The notes under the pieces were generated by a model. That model searched no databases, was not told the DNA's origin, and saw only the letters and a program-made list of their open reading frames with translations. Shown here piece by piece: positions 9,001 through 15,450 of a DNA stretch of 60,040 nt; position 1 is the first letter of the stretch, and each line of letters opens with the position of its first letter. Position numbers and translations under genes: made by a program. Source of the DNA: a virus (taxonomy: Duplodnaviria; Caudoviricetes); the IMG/VR virus record IMGVR_UViG_3300044825_000703, positions 1 through 60,040 of that record; one strand, written 5' to 3'.

Positions 9001-11482
9001 TCAGTTCCTGATGCAGGGTGGGCTTCGGTACAACCCGGAAACCAAGCGTATCGAAGCGCATCAAGCTGATGGCAGTATGCTCGATGTCTACATAAATGAG
9101 CGTGCGCTGAAGAACAAGCTCGGGGATGAGCGAGGGGCCATGCTGGCCCAGGGTTACTTTGAAGCCAAACGTTCCAAGAACATTCGTGATGAGATGGCCC
9201 AATTAGCCGAGGAGATCGAGGTCCAAAAAGAAGCTCTCGATGACGCCCGTGATCGTCTGCGTGAGCTTAAGAAGGAGAAGGCTGCTGATAGTGCAATCGA
9301 CCGACAACAGAAGGTCGTGGACCGTCTGGCTGATGAGTACAACGAGACCAAGACACAGCTCGATGAAATCGTTCGGATCAACGAAGAAAAGGTGTTGATG
9401 TCTGACGAAGAGATCGAGGCGTTCATTGATCAGGACGCCGTGTATCCCGAGCTTAGAAACATGATGGATGCTTGGATGGCAACCAATCGGCGGCTGCTGG
9501 GCATGATGCGACAAGTTCGCATGATCAGTGAAAAACGCTATAAGCGGCTCATGTCGATCAAGGACTATGTGCCCTGGCAGCGAGTCCAAGATGACGACGT
9601 AGACATTCACTACGTGGGGAATCCTCGGTCGGCTACGAACATCACGAAGGAAAGGGCGTTCAAAAAGGGCAAGGTCGAGCGTGCTGTTGCTTATATCCCA
9701 GACAACATGACGGACAACATCATCCGTCTGACTCAGAGCGTCCTGCGTCAGTACGCCGCTTTAAGGATAGTGGATGAGTACGCCACAAGGGACCCAGAGA
9801 CCGGGAAGATCAAGACCTTTGCCAAGGCAGACAGGAATAAAGGCCGATTCGACTACATCTCTGACGGTCGTCGAGTGGTTGTTGAGGTCAAAGATCCGGT
9901 GATTGCTGAAGCGGTGTATGGCCGGGATTCGGTGGATCTTCGAGCCCCAGAAGCGATTGCTGCGGCCACAAACTTCATGCGCCGGGCCATCACAATTGAC
10001 CCGTTCTTCCAGATGTCTCAGGTCATCAAGGATGCTCCTACTGCGGCCATTGTGACTGGTGTACGGAATCCTTGGGCTTTGATGGGCAGTGTGATGACGT
10101 CCTTTGCTAAGACGGTCGTCAATGCAGACCCTGTGGCAGACATCCTGCGGGCCAACGGTATCGGTGGCTTCCAAGCCATCACGCGGACGCCTGAAGCAGC
10201 GGTGAAACGGAAGAAGGGTCTGGTGAATCGGTCGGTGGGTGCCGCGACTCTGGAGTTGATGGATCACATTGGGGATGCGTCCGACTTCGCAGCCCGTATT
10301 GCGGCCTACAAGCGAACAATGGCTGAGACGGGTGATGAGGCGCTTGCTCTGTATCGAGCAGCTAATGTGATCAACTTCAACCGGCTTGGTTCGTCTGGTG
10401 CGATCAGGACGTTCGTGACCTACGTCAACTTTGCCAATGCCTACCTCCAGTCGATTGATACTCTGTTCACGGCTCTGACTGCACGAGGCGCACGGGGACG
10501 AGATACCAAGAAAGCTCTGGGCATCATGGCGGCAACGGTAGCTCAGCTCACAGCTCTGACCCTGGCATATAGCTGGCTGGTCGGTGGAGATGATGAGTAC
10601 GAGAAGCTGGACGACGCGACCAAGGTTCGTAACTTCTTCATCCCGAAGTCGGTCACTGGAACCGATAGTGGAATCCTGATTCCGATCAACACATCGGCGG
10701 CGTTCATCTTTAAGGCGATGCCTGAGCTGACCTACAACATGTTTGCCAGCCAGGCTACCAAAACGCCGATGGATGCGACTCGGTACAAGAAGGCTGTATC
10801 GGAAGCAGCGGCGGATGCGTTCTTTGGTCCTGAGCCTGTTCCGAGTGCTATCAGGCCGATCATTGAGATCGCCATGAACCGTAGCTTCTTCACCGAGCGC
10901 CCCCTGACCCCGCGCGGAACGGAGACCCTTGAGAAGTTCCAGCAGTTCACGGATCAAACCTCTGAGCTCGGCAAGTTGCTCGGCCAGGCTGGTGGCTTGA
11001 GTCCTATCGAGTGGGATCACTTGATCCGAGGAACCACCGGTGTCGCCGGGATGCTGGCCCAATACGGCTCCAACATGATCGGTGAGTATCTGAACGTCCG
11101 ACCCGAATCAACGGCCAAGCAGTTGCCGGGTGTTGGGAGGTTCATCGCCCCCGAGATTGGTCGCGGTCCTGAAGCTTTGTTCTACGATCTCCATGAAAGG
11201 GTTCGTAAGGCGACAGCAACCTACAAGGACCTGGAAGCAACGGGTCAGTACGAAAAGGCCGAGAAGTTTGATTCTGAGAAGAACCTGCTCATCGACCTGT
11301 CCCGTGAGATGAACCGGACTGAATCTAAGCTCAAGAAGATCAACGCCGAGATCCGAATGCTGTCGAGGGGTCGGGAAGAAGGGACGGCCAAGGAACGTCG
11401 CAGGGAAATCACGGAGCTTCAGAGAGACAAGCAGGAGCTGCTCGACGGGATTGAGATGCTGAGGAAGGAAGCGGGTCTGTAA
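3074..11482 (+). CDS. Giant polyvalent protein, 2802 aa: ParB-like domain, GHKL ATPase, HEXXH zincin-like peptidase, C-terminal LPD38-like domain
   Basis: VISGRHR (~5125); ELLQNAFDA, DNARGM, GGLGLAK, GTTV (6750-7150); HEIAH (8261-8275); DDEYEKL...NFFIP...IEIAMNRSFF...SPIEWDHLIRG (10590-11030). Confidence 0.8.
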   Translation: MRFVPLDAAEQSVTQFRFVPLDQPAPAKEPQVIDRAPEEFPPGIASSSPMRLPRDFSIPVETPPVAGLQPVQETEPILPPEASISSFVKGREPELTEYTPTLMQRIAELLPSNRARALNEYIARQIARERGIPIEQVYTEAGGARPIFNPEGRPPVTAAVEAAEVVAKEIPEIPAGAATAALRAYRAGEIPVADQSWVDRAITAMNPERQGKPDPNYQAFQGLGPSIGFSLANLVASVVAGSAATTVTGGNPVAGVAAGMAASGTVAYRASKDEFLERVKKKLDKESTNLYGKPLGKDDWEAAKEEFDSAATQYGLWEAIPEAVSNAIFLKAFSGPAKGMSQSMLASVGQKAGALAAEQATETVTALGQNAAERKAKLTEQELSVADAFRQQFVQTLLTSGVMAGGMKGKELATDFYRTYVEPRVDPASALGRAIQADIEAVAFSPEAIQREAAFLMATGARPQGLAELARAVAIPPATPEEPEAPEAPEAPVVRAEPTLPEVTPEAPGRAEPTLETEPTVDGQAEPTLPAEEEPVVLRPTRRGPPVEEVIEDVPAIPGMPSIEEPSYVFTPIDGGVTPVAPTAETPPAEPLVTPTSAAAAVPVEPTVPTFVKAKETEPEPPNLEAQGLATVEVPLNQLSLSKDVPQFKLGATAKGVVEPLGGKFERTGVAPIQVWRRLDGSLEVISGRHRFDLAQRSGEKTIPAQIHDEAQGFTRDHAAVLDAELNIRDGQGKAKDYVNYFKASGIDRETAESRGLLARATGKRAYTIATQGSDELLAALRADAIPEEAAFYIALNAPNDSRIQAVGINAMNNGKTMNMAVNTMQAVQALAGEQGVTVDMFGLDDSAIREAEAMAKIASRKQRELQTRLSAITGASKNPALAKAEGIDIKDPEAVKRRIEELRQQKAAWENWQTNSDLIAEVRAERGTPPPELQLTGETEAEIRAREEAEQAGATEAEKKRQADLARDMFALEGEAAPTEVKPPEQAGMFEETPVIEPVAEQAVEAPAPEAPAVAPEIERLQKTYDDAKAALDALGPEPPKPRTERQFFGKNGREGADPETVRRYDEGVKKYNSWKRKYGKLKKDEVDASNALFRATQPTKAQVKEETKLVEDTTKAVLEAKLNDFMVGDQVRFGNTPGVVIGLEGDYVRFRPDAARSPKAYQRVPKTSLTMVARPDTTSEVSYSKGQDSKFGEEAGQLNADMGGLIQLLGANMYASNLADVTVKELLQNAFDAVKGAVSSKKGPALYKTGSIEIKVDSGTRTISIKDNARGMTPEIVRDAFFTIAGSEKSDLDPSERSGGLGLAKMGFMLGSDRLQLDTVRDGVRIKVDTTAKDIANNNFKIVKSPAPKKEHGTTVTVTIPENYTDPRTGEAKPIWFPWSVRSISPLTKPLIGPVKVDVDINGDKQTLPVGTNFPEDKYQSFKANFDWGSADIYFGIERKSDTWQTNHQVLSSGVYQFDQEFTLNKEKIPYDIIVNVKPNVDAKHPDYPFENSRERFKGRLKNDIGSLTNYLGTIARGYEAAGLQESFKGIVSMPRVEAGADIAGMADKLKKSFGTQGAQAPSELKPLPKEVTITPTEVRDTRTQQVLVDTQKAAEKEKASTFKGEKVKESKDFMIDLKQDPKLPIFHNNTNVDFVEVGRDYGDPEQFFAELGTLMVEMKEDLAKSGIYGYEKLSPDNLFFAGISIDKDYGGVHIKVPYKAVLINPFYDWGARTLFGVRGNILNTMIHEIAHTGSMDHGVAHNGQMIKVEQYLNDEGLMDYYRDAILDVLRRHESTFTAMRDAYGRSTTKNTAKSLEDVQKDAAAASARGDRGRGADEAGTVPAGEGQGRGEGVRATAASRAEGEVGGRPGEAGRVEPADQAERERVDELLDEFNRPKVTGRELETVKSRLMPSTSSIRSTFKEMVDNPSQAVNMIFGPLNRGIAQARNYLFFSGAGLEEADAKRYANQVRTANDEATATLALDNMLHGNGIAVQFLMQGGLRYNPETKRIEAHQADGSMLDVYINERALKNKLGDERGAMLAQGYFEAKRSKNIRDEMAQLAEEIEVQKEALDDARDRLRELKKEKAADSAIDRQQKVVDRLADEYNETKTQLDEIVRINEEKVLMSDEEIEAFIDQDAVYPELRNMMDAWMATNRRLLGMMRQVRMISEKRYKRLMSIKDYVPWQRVQDDDVDIHYVGNPRSATNITKERAFKKGKVERAVAYIPDNMTDNIIRLTQSVLRQYAALRIVDEYATRDPETGKIKTFAKADRNKGRFDYISDGRRVVVEVKDPVIAEAVYGRDSVDLRAPEAIAAATNFMRRAITIDPFFQMSQVIKDAPTAAIVTGVRNPWALMGSVMTSFAKTVVNADPVADILRANGIGGFQAITRTPEAAVKRKKGLVNRSVGAATLELMDHIGDASDFAARIAAYKRTMAETGDEALALYRAANVINFNRLGSSGAIRTFVTYVNFANAYLQSIDTLFTALTARGARGRDTKKALGIMAATVAQLTALTLAYSWLVGGDDEYEKLDDATKVRNFFIPKSVTGTDSGILIPINTSAAFIFKAMPELTYNMFASQATKTPMDATRYKKAVSEAAADAFFGPEPVPSAIRPIIEIAMNRSFFTERPLTPRGTETLEKFQQFTDQTSELGKLLGQAGGLSPIEWDHLIRGTTGVAGMLAQYGSNMIGEYLNVRPESTAKQLPGVGRFIAPEIGRGPEALFYDLHERVRKATATYKDLEATGQYEKAEKFDSEKNLLIDLSREMNRTESKLKKINAEIRMLSRGREEGTAKERRREITELQRDKQELLDGIEMLRKEAGL

Positions 11483-11507
11483 AAAAACGGAGGGTCCAGC
11501 CCTCCGT
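11481..11507 (-). terminator. Intrinsic terminator ending the leftward middle operon
   Basis: ACGGAGGG-CTGGA-CCCTCCGT followed by a T run on the - strand, at the point where the two operons converge. Confidence 0.8.
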
Positions 11508-11533
11508 AAGACCACACAGCACCCGTAACACGT

Positions 11534-11881
11534 TCATTCTATGGGCGTGATCACTACGGTGCAAGATCCGCCCTTCTGAACCTCTTGCCGGATGAGATGT
11601 AGGTCATCTATGTCTGAGTCATCCTCGAAGCATCCAGCGTGCTGAAGTGCGTCCAGAAGAGCCTTGGTCACGTTATCGAGGTCTCGTGTCCTACGGTCGG
11701 GCGGATAGAGCGCCACGAAAACGGCGATCTTGCCCGTCATTGTTTGATACCCAGCCTCGGCTACACGCTCACTCACTTCCCTCCTGAACTCCATCCCTTT
11801 CTTCCCGACAAACCTCCGCATACCTTTCGTCCCCCAGTAGTGATTTACGGATGGCGGGTAAGGAAGCGTAAGGGTGATCAT
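11534..11881 (-). CDS. rusA: RusA-family Holliday junction resolvase
   Basis: LPYPPSVNHYW...PPDRRTRDLDNVTKALLDAL...EDDSDI. Confidence 0.9.
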   Translation of the reverse strand: MITLTLPYPPSVNHYWGTKGMRRFVGKKGMEFRREVSERVAEAGYQTMTGKIAVFVALYPPDRRTRDLDNVTKALLDALQHAGCFEDDSDIDDLHLIRQEVQKGGSCTVVITPIE

Positions 11882-11955
11882 TGAAGATGCTCCGAAGTTC
11901 TCGCAGGGCGAGCTTGGTGGATTCTGGGTACGCTCCTGACAATTCCTGATGTCGT

Positions 11956-12786
11956 TCAAGCAGCCTGATCAAGTCGATCACTAACATAGTTCAGCTTCCT
12001 CAGCCTGCTCTTCAGGCTCTTGATCGCAGACAGGAGTTCGGCGTTACGGTTCTGAAGATAGTCACGAGACTCGGTAAGTGTCTTCACTTCCAGCTCAAGC
12101 TCAACAATCCTCTTCCTCATCTCTTCCATACGCTCTTCGAGGTCGATCTTCTCGAACTCCGAACCATCGTATTGGCCGAGAGCGATCTTGTCCTTCAAAA
12201 CCTCGTTCTCACTGGCCAGGCTGTTAATCGTGTCTAGGAGCTCGTTTCCTTCCTGGGAAGGGGTAGGTACCACCTCGGTCTTTTCAACGTCTGGTAGAGG
12301 CTCTGAGATGGCCTTGGCTACCTCCTCGCGCTGCTTCTTTGGGATGCTGGCTGTGACGGCCACCATGCGCTTCTTGAGTCGGCCGATGGCGACGTCTGAG
12401 CAGTTGAGGTGCTTGGCGATCTGACGGTTGGACCATCCTTTCGTGACGGGGTGTTGCTCCATCTTCCGGAGGATGTTGATCTTGTCGTCCAAGGACAGGG
12501 ATAGGCCGCGCCGAGTGTTGGCAGCGAAGGCGAAGAGCCGCGCTTCTTCGAGCGTTCCCGTTTTGACTGTGGCCCCGATCTCAGTTGCGCCCGCCATTCG
12601 AGCGGCGAGAACCCGGTGGAATCCATCGGCCAGCCAGACGTCCTTCCCATCATTGAAGACAACGATGTCCTCGAAAGGAACACCGGTGAGCATCATCTGT
12701 GCAAAGTCTTCGACCTGCTCTTGGTCGATCTTCTTCCGTACCTGTGTATCGCCATCCAGCCGGATGATGGCCACATTAATCAGCAT
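11956..12786 (-). CDS. ParB/Srx-like N-terminal domain protein with HTH and coiled coil
   Basis: WLADGFHRV motif; WSNRQIAKHLNCS HTH. Confidence 0.75.
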   Translation of the reverse strand: MLINVAIIRLDGDTQVRKKIDQEQVEDFAQMMLTGVPFEDIVVFNDGKDVWLADGFHRVLAARMAGATEIGATVKTGTLEEARLFAFAANTRRGLSLSLDDKINILRKMEQHPVTKGWSNRQIAKHLNCSDVAIGRLKKRMVAVTASIPKKQREEVAKAISEPLPDVEKTEVVPTPSQEGNELLDTINSLASENEVLKDKIALGQYDGSEFEKIDLEERMEEMRKRIVELELEVKTLTESRDYLQNRNAELLSAIKSLKSRLRKLNYVSDRLDQAA

Positions 12787-13469
12787 CGCTACTCCTTGAA
12801 AGTGTCGCCCGTCCAAAGCGGGTCGTCTGGGAACAGTACGTCAAAAAGGTCGAGTTCCACTATAGGGGTAATCCCGTAGTGAACAAAATAAAGTTTTTGC
12901 TTGCCTTTTAAACGCAAAACGGAATGACGGCCAACGACGCAGTTACTGTAAGTCACGTTGCGTCGCCTTTGCTTTTGCCCTCGCAACCATTGGAAGTGAC
13001 CTGTCGTGTGTTGGAAGTGACGTTTGGCCTTGCGTGTTCGCGGAATGTAAGTTTTTGCTCGCTTTTCCGCTGGCCCGCTTCCTCTTCGGCCAAACTCGGG
13101 CAAAAGTCAGCCTAAGGGTGAGTGTTAGTTTATAACATCCCACCACCCGACTTTTTCCCGGTAAACCCGGTATGCGTCTCAGGGCAACTTATAACGCACT
13201 CAGGAGCTTTTCACCGTTGCCGGTGCCTACCACGGCCCCCTGCCAGTCCGCACTCCCCGATGCCATTCCGCCCCGGATGCGTCCTGAAACTCACCGCTTG
13301 CGCCTGGTTCTTCTGTGCGCTTACCTTGACAGCCAGAACGTTGAAGGATCCGACGCTTTCCGGCCTACCCCGACTCTGCGGCATCCACCGCTGCGGGTTC
13401 CTCCAGTAGCCCCCTACCATACCTAGCCCGATAGACTCTGCCAAGACCCAGCTACCTGCTGGGGAGGTT

Positions 13470-13742
13470 TTACTTCATAGGCTCATCCACCAACTTGCCG
13501 CGCTCAATACCGACTCGGTGTTTGATCTCGACGGCGTAATAGGTGAAGTCAAGATGGCCGTGGCTTACAGCGTTGGCTGCAAACTCACGGCACTTCTCGA
13601 TAGCCGTATCCATGCTTTCATGAAGGTACTTGAACTTTGCCGAGTGCCCAGAAGGAGAACGCATAAACACTGCGTACTTGGGATCGGTCGCTTCGTGCAG
13701 TTGATGCACGGCCTTCTTACGAGAACGAAATGCGCCTTCCAT
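13470..13742 (-). CDS. Hypothetical protein, 90 aa, downstream of the structured leader
   Basis: AAGGA RBS before ATG; clean ORF. Confidence 0.6.
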   Translation of the reverse strand: MEGAFRSRKKAVHQLHEATDPKYAVFMRSPSGHSAKFKYLHESMDTAIEKCREFAANAVSHGHLDFTYYAVEIKHRVGIERGKLVDEPMK

Positions 13743-13773
13743 GACTGTCCTTTGTTAGGGCGTGGAAGAGGCG

Positions 13774-13906
13774 AAAAAAAACCTTCTAGAATGACCCCGG
13801 AGAGAGAACCCTTTCGGGCTACCCCATTCGGGGTCGGAGTCGTTCTAGAAGGCTCTTAGTCAGTCTCTCTCACTAACTATGCTTCGCGTTGGTTTCGACA
13901 CCAACG
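13774..13906 (-). ncRNA. Structured leader/attenuator RNA ending in a terminator
   Basis: Hairpins CGTTGG/CCAACG and TAGTTAGT/ACTGACTA; long stem CCTTCTAGAA/TTCTAGAAGG enclosing two tetraloop hairpins, then T8. Confidence 0.75.
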
Positions 13907-13912
13907 GGATGA

Positions 13913-13941
13913 ATCATACCCACCCATCAACGACCCGTCAA
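13913..13941 (-). promoter_or_regulatory. Sigma70-type promoter
   Basis: TTGACG-N17-TATGAT. Confidence 0.8.
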
Positions 13942-13950
13942 GATGGGGAC

Positions 13951-14047
13951 AAAAAACTTGAAATTTAGAAAACGCCTCTGTAAGTCATTGAAAACAAACC
14001 ACAAAAGAGTGCAACATTGTTGCACCCCTACGACGAGTGTGGTTATT
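13951..14047 (+). repeat. 97-bp conserved element, copy A (inverted relative to 30146-30242)
   Basis: Gapless alignment with identical blocks of 17, 10, 25 and 7 bp; contains palindrome GTGCAACA-T-TGTTGCAC. Confidence 0.9.
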
Positions 14048-14625
14048 TAGACTTCATCCTTGAAGGCGACGAGGGCGATTTCGTACTGCTTCTGCCGCTC
14101 TTTGAGGTGCATTAGGGCTGGTCCGTTCACGATGCGGGTGACCTTAGTCATGTCGTCTGCGACCTCGTTGCAACCGTTCTCGTGCCAGAACCATGCGGCC
14201 GAGAGTGCCGCGTACTCCGGGGTTTTGAGGAGCTTCGGCTCGGCTACGAAGTCCACACCGAGGGCGTCACTACAGGCTTTGTAGTTTTTCTCCCAAGTGA
14301 GCTGGATCATGCCTCTGCCGTGATAGCCGTTGTAGAGCTTCTCGCTCAGGGCTAGGGGGTTCTCAACATACGGCGCTGCGGCCTTCGGGTCTCCGTTGAA
14401 GACACGCTTGAAGATGTTTGCCAGGCGATTCGCGTTCCGGTAGAAGAGGTTCTCCTCCATCCATCTGAGGCCACCGGTCTCGATGGTGATGGTGGCGATG
14501 AATGCGGCCTTCTGCTCCGGCGTGGAGATATTGAACCGTTCCATAGCGGCATTGAGCGGCTCAACGTACTTCTCGCAGGCCCACTGTGATGCGCCTGTGG
14601 CTTGCATCAGTTGCTCAAGCGTCAT
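14047..14625 (-). CDS. Endolysin, glycoside hydrolase family 19-like
   Basis: IETGGL...ENLFY, YHGRGMIQLTWEKNY, SAAWFW, VTRIVNG. Confidence 0.9.
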   Translation of the reverse strand: MTLEQLMQATGASQWACEKYVEPLNAAMERFNISTPEQKAAFIATITIETGGLRWMEENLFYRNANRLANIFKRVFNGDPKAAAPYVENPLALSEKLYNGYHGRGMIQLTWEKNYKACSDALGVDFVAEPKLLKTPEYAALSAAWFWHENGCNEVADDMTKVTRIVNGPALMHLKERQKQYEIALVAFKDEV

Positions 14626-15038
14626 GATTTGTTCCTGATGTTGAAGATCTTCTCTACCGTCCTGCCTCCAAAGTACGCCAGCATGATGAGCTGACCCCAT
14701 TCGCCCAGCAGCTTGACGTAAGACTCGTTGACGCTCCATCCAAACGCAGAGGCGGAGGCAAACGTGAAGTAGGCACACAGGATCGCTATGAGGGTCATGG
14801 GACGGATGTTTTTAGATAGCCAGCTATCCGACCCCATGTCTGACTGCCAGCGCTCCGTGGTGTTCTTTTCCTCGACCTCGAAGAGCTTGGTTTCGTTGGC
14901 AATCCGCGCCAGCTCGCCCGCTTGATGAAGCTGCTCAAGCTCGGCCTGCGCTTTGGCCTTGGCTTCCGGGTCTGGTAGGACCTTATCAAGAATCTTCCCT
15001 GCGAACGGTAGCAAGGCGGTCAGTGCAGGTAGCATCAT
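14622..15038 (-). CDS. Holin (3TM-type)
   Basis: SDSWLSKNIRP plus TM segments and YFGGRTVEK; adjacent to the endolysin. Confidence 0.8.
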   Translation of the reverse strand: MMLPALTALLPFAGKILDKVLPDPEAKAKAQAELEQLHQAGELARIANETKLFEVEEKNTTERWQSDMGSDSWLSKNIRPMTLIAILCAYFTFASASAFGWSVNESYVKLLGEWGQLIMLAYFGGRTVEKIFNIRNKS

Positions 15039-15053
15039 GCGCTCCTTCAAATG

Positions 15054-15117
15054 AAAACCCCGGCCGAAGCCGGGGCGAGGATGACCACTGCCAGGAGGTC
15101 ATGCCGAAGGGGTCGGC
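15054..15117 (-). ncRNA. Small RNA of three hairpins with an antisense seed loop UCCUGGCAGU
   Basis: Own promoter upstream; stems GCCGA/UCGGC and AUGACC/GGUCAU; terminator CCCCGGC-UUCG-GCCGGGG-UUUU. Confidence 0.8.
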
Positions 15118-15123
15118 CCGTCA

Positions 15124-15152
15124 ACTCTATAGAACCAGTCCATCACTGTCAA
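15124..15152 (-). promoter_or_regulatory. Sigma70 promoter for the sRNA
   Basis: TTGACA-N17-TAGAGT. Confidence 0.75.
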
Positions 15153-15450
15153 CAGGCTTCATAGAGACAACGAGGTGACCCTGCTCCAGGAGTCGCCTAA
15201 GTGTTCGCGCGTTCATCCTCTCGGCAAATTCGCGTTTTTCGTATCTGCTCATTTGGCGTCCCTGGTCGTACTCGGCGTGGCACTGGTGACACAGGTGCAT
15301 GATCGTGGCGTCAGAGGCTTTGATGCCCATGCCTTTGCCGTGATTTGAATGTGCGCTGACAACGGTGCCGTCACGGGTGCCACAGTTTACGCACGACTGA
15401 CCTTCGGCCAGTTGCAAGAGCTTAGGGTTTCTGTATGTTGTTGGCTTCAT
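15127..15450 (-). CDS. DUF1364/DUF968-like zinc-binding (His-Me finger) protein
   Basis: CVNCG...AHSNHGKGMGIKASD...LCHQCHAEYD. Confidence 0.75.
   Translation of the reverse strand: MKPTTYRNPKLLQLAEGQSCVNCGTRDGTVVSAHSNHGKGMGIKASDATIMHLCHQCHAEYDQGRQMSRYEKREFAERMNARTLRRLLEQGHLVVSMKPVDSDGLVL

Noticed and set aside
9761-11062. 433-aa antisense ORF, and many other long shadow ORFs
   Set aside because: They lie opposite well-supported genes, have no motifs, and are expected from GC-rich codon bias.
13774-13906. tRNA gene
   Set aside because: No acceptor stem, T-loop consensus or CCA in a cloverleaf arrangement.
15081-15102. + strand reading of the hairpin as a CsrA/RsmA-type GGA decoy
   Set aside because: The promoter and the U-tract terminator both point to - strand transcription, and there is only a single GGA.
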